Sequence record: SRR31156797_967
Strand: one strand, 5' to 3'
DNA length: 20,000 nucleotides
This document shows, one piece after another, positions 8,662 through 15,878 of this stretch. A program made the position numbers and the translations under genes. The notes beneath the pieces are model-generated. The model was not told where the DNA came from and did no database searches. It was given only the letters and a program-made list of their open reading frames with translations. The first letter of the stretch is position 1; every line of letters begins with the position of its first letter.

Positions 8662-10008
8662 TTATTTCGGCAGTGATATCTGAAAACTTGCACCACCTTG
8701 CGGAAGATTGCCCAAAACAAGTTGCCCTTTGTGCTTTACAATAATCTCTTTCACTATATATAATCCCAGTCCGCTGCCATTTGCCTTCTCGTATGACATA
8801 CCTGACTGAAGTATATTCATTAGTTCTTTATCAAATCCTTTACCATTGTCGGAAATTGTAATTGATATGTCATTATAATTCTCACAAAGCTCAATGTCAA
8901 TTCTGTCTTTAGTATATTTGATGCAATTAGATAGAATATTATTAAGTGCAATAAAAATCTTCTCATCATCAATCATTACTTTGCTTATTTTTTTGGGTTG
9001 ATAGTAGATATCAATATCATTAAGTATTGCTATGCTTTCTATGCTTTTAATTGCATTCTCTATTACAATAGAGATATCGTACTTAGCAAATTTTAATACT
9101 TCTATATCGCTTTCCAGCTTGCTTAGGAGAATTATATTCTCGGCATACTCCTTTATACGAAGGCTTTCGCTCATAATTATATCAAGGGGCTCATCGGTAT
9201 CTTTGAACACACCTGTTTTTATACCCTCTGCATAACCATAGATAGCAGTAAGAGGTGTTTTCAGTTCATGAGATATATTTCTGTATAGTTTTTCTTTTTC
9301 CCTGTCATGTGCCTGTAGGGAGTTAGCCAAAGTATTTATAGATTCAGATAATATCTGGATTTCGTCATTAGTATCTGCAATGTATTTTTCACTAAAGTCG
9401 CGGGATGCATATTTCTCAGTCAGTTTAGTTAGTTTTTTAATTGGTTTTGTAATGCGATCTGATAATATCAGCGTTATTCCAATCGAAATTACTGATAAAA
9501 CGATTAAGCAGATTACCAAAGCAGCATAGAATCTTTTCGTGACATTTTGAATACTTTTTGTTGATATTAAAGATATTGTTACATATTGAAGATTATTAGT
9601 ACTATCTTCTCTGATAGTACTGATAGAACATAGGTATTCATCATTATTAATATTTACCGTAATTATTGCTTTTCTTTCCTCTAGGAATTTACTTAGCAGA
9701 GTACTAATATCAATATCCATTTCTAAATCACTATCGCTGTTATACATTAGCTCCAAGCCATTGCTGGTATCATTCAAGGAATAGACCAGATTTATGCTGT
9801 CGGAGAGGACAGAATACAGCATTGGCTCATCAATTCCTCTTTTGTAGAATTTATTTGCTAGTTGATTTTCTACAACCAGTTGTTTCTTTATATTTTTATA
9901 AGTATAGGATTTGTATATTGCAGATATAACAAAACAAAGCAATGATAACGATAGTACCAATATCAGTGCATTTGCCAGAGTGAATTTCTTTGAGATAGAA
10001 TTATTCAT
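8662..10008 (-). CDS. Sensor histidine kinase (2 TM, HAMP, HisKA, HATPase)
   Basis: ITKPIKKL...DEI..L HAMP, NISHELKTPL H-box, NILSNCIKY N-box, DNGKG and GSGLGL G-boxes. Start likely ATG 10008 (SD AGGTG), next to the regulator stop. Confidence 0.92.
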   Translation of the reverse strand: MNNSISKKFTLANALILVLSLSLLCFVISAIYKSYTYKNIKKQLVVENQLANKFYKRGIDEPMLYSVLSDSINLVYSLNDTSNGLELMYNSDSDLEMDIDISTLLSKFLEERKAIITVNINNDEYLCSISTIREDSTNNLQYVTISLISTKSIQNVTKRFYAALVICLIVLSVISIGITLILSDRITKPIKKLTKLTEKYASRDFSEKYIADTNDEIQILSESINTLANSLQAHDREKEKLYRNISHELKTPLTAIYGYAEGIKTGVFKDTDEPLDIIMSESLRIKEYAENIILLSKLESDIEVLKFAKYDISIVIENAIKSIESIAILNDIDIYYQPKKISKVMIDDEKIFIALNNILSNCIKYTKDRIDIELCENYNDISITISDNGKGFDKELMNILQSGMSYEKANGSGLGLYIVKEIIVKHKGQLVLGNLPQGGASFQISLPK

Positions 10009-10009
10009 A

Positions 10010-10693
10010 TTATTCACCTATTTTATATCCATAACCCCAGACGGTTTGTATCTGACATTGTGAATTAATTGTAAGCATTTTCTTACGTAGGCGTTTAATC
10101 ATATGGTCTACCTGCCTTGTGTCGCCATAGTATTCATACCCCCAAATTCTATCTATTATCTGCTCTCTGGAGAATGCCCTGTTTACATTTTCCAGGAATA
10201 ATAAAAGCAGGTTGAATTCTTTGGCTGTAGTAGGCACAGGTGTATCATTTATTGTTATAGTCCTATTTGCTTTATTAAGAACTAAGTCCAGATACGAAAT
10301 ACTATCGTCTGAGTTGTTATTACTTTCATATGAATTTAGTCGTCTAAATGTGTTTTTTATCTTTGCAAGCAGTTCACGAAATGATATTGGCTTTGATATG
10401 TAATCGTCGCTTCCTAATTCCAGTCCAAGTACACGATCAATTTCGTCATTGTGCGCACTAATCATGAAAATTGGTATCATGCTAGACTTTCTTATTTCCC
10501 TGCATAAATCATAGCCGGACATTTGGGGCATTACAATATCTGTGATTATCATATCACAAGGGGATGAATTATATGCATCTAATAGTAGCTGCCCATTCTT
10601 AAAGGTTTTTGCCCTGTAACCAGCGTTCTCAATATGGCTTTTTATTAATTTGCAAATGTTTTCATCATCATCGGCGATATATATCATTTTCAT
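10010..10693 (-). CDS. OmpR/PhoB family response regulator
   Basis: ADDD, TDIVMP (phospho-acceptor Asp), GSDDYISKP receiver motifs; winged-helix SREQI..IWG, VDHMIKRLRKK, TVWGYGY. Confidence 0.95.
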   Translation of the reverse strand: MKMIYIADDDENICKLIKSHIENAGYRAKTFKNGQLLLDAYNSSPCDMIITDIVMPQMSGYDLCREIRKSSMIPIFMISAHNDEIDRVLGLELGSDDYISKPISFRELLAKIKNTFRRLNSYESNNNSDDSISYLDLVLNKANRTITINDTPVPTTAKEFNLLLLFLENVNRAFSREQIIDRIWGYEYYGDTRQVDHMIKRLRKKMLTINSQCQIQTVWGYGYKIGE

Positions 10694-10714
10694 ATTAGAG
10701 TCCTTAATCTGTTA

Positions 10715-10743
10715 TACACCTGCAGCCAAACAGCGCAGGTGTA
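10715..10743 (-). other. Intergenic hairpin without U-tract
   Basis: Perfect 9-bp stem TACACCTGC (10715-10723)/GCAGGTGTA (10735-10743) between the repeat-protein gene and the regulator gene. Confidence 0.6.
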
Positions 10744-10786
10744 GTTATAGTTTAATAAGTATTTGTGTAATTTATAGTCCTAAGTT

Positions 10787-11569
10787 TTAGTTACTATTTC
10801 CTTTTCCTGAATCATTTCCGCCAGATTGCTTGTTCTGTAATCCATCTCCTAGCTCCTGCAGGTATTCTTTATATTCTTCCAAAGTCATTCCTAATTCAGC
10901 AGCTTTTTCTTCCATTTCGGATTTTATCTCCTCAACTTTTTCCTGCCTTTCTTGTCTTTGTTCAGCCAAATATTCTTTGTATTCATCTATGGTCATGCCT
11001 AGCTCCTCGGCTTTGGCTTCGAATTCAGCCTTGCGGTTTTGCATCTGCTGACGATACTGCTCCAAAGTCATACCATTTTCTTCAGCTCTTTGTTGAAATT
11101 CCTGCCTGCGCTGCTGTAGGTAATCAATATATTCATCTGTAGTCATGCCATGTTCAGCTGCTCTTTGCTGGAATTGCTCTTGTTTGCTTTTTAGATAAGC
11201 CTTGTATTCATCTGTAGTCATTCCCAGTGCTTCAGCATTTTCCTGAAATCTTTGTTTTTTCTCTTTTAATGATGCTTTGTATTCTTCCAAGGTCATACCT
11301 TGTTCTGCTGCTTTTTCTTCTAGCTTTGCTTTTCTATTCTTTAAGTACTCAATGTACTCATCAATAGTCATACCTTGCTCAGCTGCTTTTGTCTCGAGGT
11401 TATCTTTCTTTTCATTTAGATAATCTATAAATTCTTCAACTGTCATTCCCTTTGCCTGAGCTTTTTCTTCTAGCTTAACCAGCAGATTATCGTTTTCCAC
11501 AGCAAATGCTGACATAGAACCAAAGACTATAAATGTAAGTATTAAGATCATTATAATTGTTTTTTTCAT
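10787..11569 (-). CDS. Secreted helical repeat protein (8 x ~25-aa A.E.GMT.EEY..YL units)
   Basis: ATG 11569 with SD AAGGAG; signal peptide MKKTIIMILILTFIVFGSMSAFA (A-x-A site); tandem repeats visible in the translation. Confidence 0.88.
   Translation of the reverse strand: MKKTIIMILILTFIVFGSMSAFAVENDNLLVKLEEKAQAKGMTVEEFIDYLNEKKDNLETKAAEQGMTIDEYIEYLKNRKAKLEEKAAEQGMTLEEYKASLKEKKQRFQENAEALGMTTDEYKAYLKSKQEQFQQRAAEHGMTTDEYIDYLQQRRQEFQQRAEENGMTLEQYRQQMQNRKAEFEAKAEELGMTIDEYKEYLAEQRQERQEKVEEIKSEMEEKAAELGMTLEEYKEYLQELGDGLQNKQSGGNDSGKGNSN
10841..11473 (-). repeat. Intragenic 75-bp degenerate tandem repeat, 8 units (the seventh has an 11-aa extension)
   Basis: Invariant GMT recurs every 25 codons; units 4 and 5 share the DNA stretch TATTCATCTGTAGTCAT. 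Confidence 0.9.
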
Positions 11570-11597
11570 TGTTTTGCTCCTTTTACTTGATGGTATT

Positions 11598-11652
11598 AGC
11601 ATAATCTAAACCAATGTTGAAACTGTACTTATTTTATGGATGAATTGTGGCA
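11598..11652 (-). promoter_or_regulatory. Putative response-regulator-dependent promoter (direct repeat + -10)
   Basis: Plus-strand TTATGG (11634) and TTGTGG (11645), 11 bp apart; minus-strand -10-like TATGCT at 11603-11598; no consensus -35. Confidence 0.55.
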
Positions 11653-12060
11653 CTATTCATCCAGCAGTGCTTCCAGCTCCTCTAATTCCTCAATTTCATC
11701 CATCAGCTCTTCCAGTTCAGTCAAGTCAACTAATTCCTCAAGTTCGGCTAGCTCTTCTAATTCGCTTAACTCAGTTAATTCTTCTAATTCCTCTATTTCC
11801 TGATTATCAAGCAGATACTGAAGTTCACTTGCAGCTTCCAGGTCATCATAGCTTTCAATATCATCAATTGCTTCAACTTCCTCAAGTTGTTCTAGTAATT
11901 CCAAATCATCAGTATATTCTGCTATATCAAGATTCTCTTGGGCTTCATCAATATTCTGAGCAGTTCTCTTTGAAATAATTTTTCCTGCTATGGCAGAAAG
12001 CATTATAACTACCATAACAATTATGACAATTACTAGAAATATTTTTAGATTTCTATTCAT
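11653..12060 (-). CDS. Membrane-anchored, highly acidic low-complexity protein (x-E-L triplets)
   Basis: SD AAGGAG; single N-terminal hydrophobic helix; no Lys/Arg after residue 32; period-3 repeat tail. Confidence 0.8.
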   Translation of the reverse strand: MNRNLKIFLVIVIIVMVVIMLSAIAGKIISKRTAQNIDEAQENLDIAEYTDDLELLEQLEEVEAIDDIESYDDLEAASELQYLLDNQEIEELEELTELSELEELAELEELVDLTELEELMDEIEELEELEALLDE

Positions 12061-12106
12061 TCTAATCTCCTTATAATGATTTTATAAGTTCCTTACCGCC
12101 AAAGTA

Positions 12107-12170
12107 ATGGTAATATTTCAATGTGATATATATATGCATAAATTATGGCAGATTTATGGCAGATTTGTAC
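12107..12170 (-). promoter_or_regulatory. Putative response-regulator-dependent promoter (11-bp direct repeats + -10)
   Basis: TTATGGCAGAT twice in tandem (12143-12164), with degenerate in-phase copies at 12121, 12132 and 12165; minus-strand -10-like TACCAT at 12112-12107. Confidence 0.6.
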
Positions 12171-12218
12171 GTTAATATATTTGTATATACAAGAGAGTAA
12201 ATTAAGTCGGAACATCTA

Positions 12219-12710
12219 TTAGTAGATGCTATAATCAGTTTTATTAATTAATATTTTAATAAATTCTATCAGACCCGTTTCATCATATTGGGTAAAGCGG
12301 TTTATCTTTGGGCTGTCAATATCCAGTACACCGATAACTATTCCAGAGCACACTATAGGAAGTACAATCTCACTCATAGAATCACTGTCACACGCAATAT
12401 GTTCAGGGAAATTATGGACATCAGCTATTCGCATTATTTGATTATTTGTGTATGCTGCACCGCAGACACCTCTATTGGGGTTTATTCTGACACATGCAGG
12501 CTTACCCTGAAATGGTCCTAAAACTAAATTATCATTTTCTCTATCAAATAGATAGAATCCAACCCAATTAATTTGGGATAAGCTATGCCATAGCAAAGAA
12601 GAAGCATTAGCCATATTAGCTATGGGATTTGTTTCGCTCAGTAAAAGGGCTTCCAAACTTTTATTAATACTTTTATAATCATTCAGATAGAATATATGCT
12701 CGCCTTCCAT
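12219..12710 (-). CDS. msrC: GAF-domain free methionine-R-sulfoxide reductase (MsrC/YebR family)
   Basis: NWVGFY, LGPFQGKPAC, GVCG, HIACD, SEIVLP, GVLDIDSP motifs, all three cysteines present; SD AAGGAG. Confidence 0.85.
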   Translation of the reverse strand: MEGEHIFYLNDYKSINKSLEALLLSETNPIANMANASSLLWHSLSQINWVGFYLFDRENDNLVLGPFQGKPACVRINPNRGVCGAAYTNNQIMRIADVHNFPEHIACDSDSMSEIVLPIVCSGIVIGVLDIDSPKINRFTQYDETGLIEFIKILINKTDYSIY

Positions 12711-12846
12711 TGCTGCTCCTTAAGACTTTTGTTTATTATATCATTTAATATTTAATTTTTGTAAAGTAATTATAATAATTGATTATTAAAAGTAAAAGTG
12801 AATAAAAGCAACTAGAGTACTTAATATATAATAATATTATGTTAAA

Positions 12847-12888
12847 GAGCCTTTACTTTTTCAAGAAACAAGCTAAAAAGTAAGGCTC
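12847..12888 (-). terminator. Probable terminator downstream of the 12950-13567 gene
   Basis: GAGCCTTTACTTTTT...AAAAAGTAAGGCTC inverted repeat with one bulge; short T run follows on the minus strand. Confidence 0.55.
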
Positions 12889-12949
12889 ACAATGTATATA
12901 TACTAAATTGTATTATACATCGCAATAAATGAATAATGCGTAGTTAGTA

Positions 12950-13567
12950 TTAATTAACTGTTGTTATATCCCTTTTATATAGTGTATATGTACCGAATAT
13001 CAACATGGAATTTGATACTACACCGAGTATCTCGCATATCCAGTGTGTTAGTTCATGCTCGCCGCTGCTTGATAAACCTGAAGTAATTAAAACAACTACA
13101 ATATATACTATAAAAGAAACAACAACCCATTTATATTTTTTACGTGCAGCAATCAAAATCAAGCATATTAAATATCCGATAGTACTAATGGTTAATAATC
13201 CAATTGCTAAAACATAGAATGGGAACGCATGAGTAGTACTGCTTTGTTGAAATTTGAGTTTATCTCTGCGTGTCATATAGATACATGCAATAAAAATTAA
13301 TATCGTACCAAGAGCAAGACCTGGCATATGTATTCTGTTCATAATATCAATACTAACACCGCTAAGAGCATATAGCAGCTTCCATGTTGCTTTTGAGATA
13401 CCAGCAAGTGTTGCTATTATTGCACCTATAACTAAAGTGAAGAAATATAGTTTTGTTGCATTCCTATAGGTATATTTTGATAAAAAGTACATGCCTACTG
13501 CAAATAGTATAACCTGTATATAGTCAAATAGTCCAAGAGCAATGGATGGTGTAAATAAGTACTGCAT
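12950..13567 (-). CDS. Hypothetical integral membrane protein (about 6 TM)
   Basis: 205-aa hydrophobic ORF with SD AGGGAG; no family recognised. Confidence 0.75.
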   Translation of the reverse strand: MQYLFTPSIALGLFDYIQVILFAVGMYFLSKYTYRNATKLYFFTLVIGAIIATLAGISKATWKLLYALSGVSIDIMNRIHMPGLALGTILIFIACIYMTRRDKLKFQQSSTTHAFPFYVLAIGLLTISTIGYLICLILIAARKKYKWVVVSFIVYIVVVLITSGLSSSGEHELTHWICEILGVVSNSMLIFGTYTLYKRDITTVN

Positions 13568-13860
13568 AAATTCTCCCTATATTAGTAATGTTTTTTACAA
13601 TATATAGTAAATATATCATGCCAAGAGTATATTTACCACATTTAATTTAAAAAAATTATCTAAGTAACATTGTTACTAATAATAGAATGAGTATGGTTTA
13701 TAATAAGTCTATAAAATCTATAAAGAATTCTATGATTAGTCAAAAATAATCTCATAGTTAGATTGTTTTGGGCATTATTCCTTAATACTATTTTCATAAT
13801 TTAGAAGCTATAATGGAATAATAAATGTTTATAATGTAATCACTTGGAGGGTAAAAATAT

Positions 13861-14742
13861 ATGTTGAATGGAACAATTAATTTTTTAACAGCTTGGGCAA
13901 CGGTGGTATTAATATTTTTGGTGAGTGTTATATGGATACTCCGTTTACTGATAAAGTTCGACGTAATTAAAAAAGATTCAGGACTGGCGAAAGTAAACCG
14001 TGCTTTGCGGGTTCATCATAAATCATTGGGAATAACTTTAATAATTACTTCTTTGATACATGGTGTGGTTTCATCGGCAAAGTTGATTGATGTAAATCTA
14101 GGCAGTATTACATTTTTTCTTATTGTGATATTGGGAATATCATATTTAGTGAAGTCTAAAACAAAACGCAATTTATGGCTGAATGTTCACAGACTGCTGA
14201 CGGTAGCTACAATTATAGTACTAATACTTCATTTGACAGATGTAGGGATACAGGGAGTTAATCTAATAACTTCAAGTCCACCTGATATAGAGGAATATAA
14301 CTTAAGTCAGGATGAAGTGGATGAAATAATTGATGATATTGAGGATGAATCATCAGATACTGCTGAAGCAACACAAGCACCATTAGAATCTGAAAGCAAT
14401 TCACAAGATGTCCAATATGCTGACGGTGTATATACTGGTACAGCCGATGGATTCGGACCAGACCTGACAGTTGAGGTTACAGTCGCTGATGGTTTGATTT
14501 CAGAGATTACTGTTATTTCTCACAATGAAAGAGAGGAAAGATACTACGGTGTACCTATGGAAGTAATACCTGAACAAATTATTGAAACACAAAGCCTTGA
14601 TGTTGATACAGTATCAGGAGCTACATATACATCAATAGGATTAAAGAATGCAGTAATTGATGCTCTAAGTGAGGCAATTATAAGCGGAGAATTACCTGAG
14701 CAGGAGGAAGCTTCTTCTGGCGGGCATAGACATGGTCATTAA
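13861..14742 (+). CDS. Cytochrome-b-like membrane domain fused to an extracytosolic FMN-binding domain
   Basis: SD GGAGG; 4 TM segments with paired His (VHH...LIHG; WLNVHR...LILH); acidic linker; YADGVYTGTADGF...VDTVSGATYTS containing the SGAT flavinylation motif. Confidence 0.85.
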   Translation: MLNGTINFLTAWATVVLIFLVSVIWILRLLIKFDVIKKDSGLAKVNRALRVHHKSLGITLIITSLIHGVVSSAKLIDVNLGSITFFLIVILGISYLVKSKTKRNLWLNVHRLLTVATIIVLILHLTDVGIQGVNLITSSPPDIEEYNLSQDEVDEIIDDIEDESSDTAEATQAPLESESNSQDVQYADGVYTGTADGFGPDLTVEVTVADGLISEITVISHNEREERYYGVPMEVIPEQIIETQSLDVDTVSGATYTSIGLKNAVIDALSEAIISGELPEQEEASSGGHRHGH

Positions 14743-14759
14743 GAGATAAGGGAGACAAT

Positions 14760-15191
14760 ATGAAAAAATATTTAATTATCATTGCTGTAATTACTGCTCT
14801 CACTGCAGCAGGATGTACAGCAGATAATGGATTAAACGAGCAATCACAGACATCTGAAACAACTGATTCACCTAAAGTAAATGCAGAATATCATAAAATA
14901 GCTCAGGATGATGCAAAGGAAATGATAGATGAAGGCGGTGTAGTTGTAATTGATGTTCGTGAAGATTATGAGTACGATGAGGGGCATATTGATGGTGCAG
15001 TATTATCACCATTAGGCAATTTAGAGAACGATATTGTAAATCATGTTAGCAGCAAGGATGATGTGATTTTGATTTATTGCAGAAGCGGCAACAGAAGTCA
15101 GACAGCTTCAAATATTCTGGTTGATTTAGGATATACAAATGTATATGATTTCGGCGGAATAATAAACTGGAAGTATGATATTGTTTATTAG
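14760..15191 (+). CDS. Rhodanese-domain lipoprotein
   Basis: Lipobox-like TAAGC; IDVRE..EY..GHI.GA, active-site YCRSGNRS, LGYTNVYDFGGI; SD GGGAG. Confidence 0.88.
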   Translation: MKKYLIIIAVITALTAAGCTADNGLNEQSQTSETTDSPKVNAEYHKIAQDDAKEMIDEGGVVVIDVREDYEYDEGHIDGAVLSPLGNLENDIVNHVSSKDDVILIYCRSGNRSQTASNILVDLGYTNVYDFGGIINWKYDIVY

Positions 15192-15241
15192 CAGGTGATA
15201 AATTATCTACCAGCTTTGATATAGATGAATTTAATTACTTG

Positions 15242-15268
15242 AAAAAGACTGCATTATGTAGTCTTTTC
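15242..15268. terminator. Bidirectional intrinsic terminator
   Basis: AAAAGACTGCA-TTA-TGTAGTCTTTT hairpin between the convergent rhodanese and ridA genes. Confidence 0.7.
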
Positions 15269-15289
15269 ACTTGTAGCTATATCACTGTA

Positions 15290-15667
15290 TTAAGATTTTG
15301 CTATTACCTCAATTTCCACATCTACAGATTTTGGCAAACGTGAGACTTCAACCGTTGCTCTGGCGGGGTAGGGAGGAGTAAGGTAAGATTCGTATACCTC
15401 ATTCACTTCTTTAAAATCATTCATACTAGTCAAGTAAATAGTTGTTTTTACAATGTCTGACCAATTCAAGCCTGCTTTTTTGAGTATTTCATGAACGTTT
15501 TCCATTACTTGTTTTGTCTGCTGCTTTGGATTATCGTCTATAACTTTACCTGACACAGGGTCAATGGGTATTTGACCAGATACAAATAGCCAGCCGTCAA
15601 CATATATGCCTTGCGAGTAGGGACCAATCGCAATTGGAGCTTTGGGGGTATCTATTTTCTTTTTCAT
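15290..15667 (-). CDS. ridA: RidA/YjgF family enamine/imine deaminase
   Basis: APIAIGPYSQG, FVSGQIP, F..VNEVY, YPARATVEV..LP, VEIEVIA; catalytic Arg present. Confidence 0.92.
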   Translation of the reverse strand: MKKKIDTPKAPIAIGPYSQGIYVDGWLFVSGQIPIDPVSGKVIDDNPKQQTKQVMENVHEILKKAGLNWSDIVKTTIYLTSMNDFKEVNEVYESYLTPPYPARATVEVSRLPKSVDVEIEVIAKS

Positions 15668-15878
15668 TCTTAATCCTTTGCAAAATAATGCTGTGCAATA
15701 ATTGTATAAATAATATATATTAATAATAGCATATTGATTCTAATAATGGAATATAGTAGAAAAATATTTCAGTATATTTATTTCTACTATGTGATTCTGG
15801 AAACTACATACCTTGTATGATAAAATATACCATATAATATTCTGATGAATGTAAAAAAAATAAATGGTGGAGATGATT

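Noticed and set aside
10841-11473. CRISPR-like regular spacing of 75-bp units
   Set aside because: Units are degenerate at synonymous positions, in frame within a signal-peptide ORF, have no unique spacers, and no cas genes are nearby.
11640-11978. 112-aa Pro/Gln/Leu-rich plus-strand ORF
   Set aside because: Antisense by-product of the x-E-L repeat gene, which has the SD and membrane anchor.
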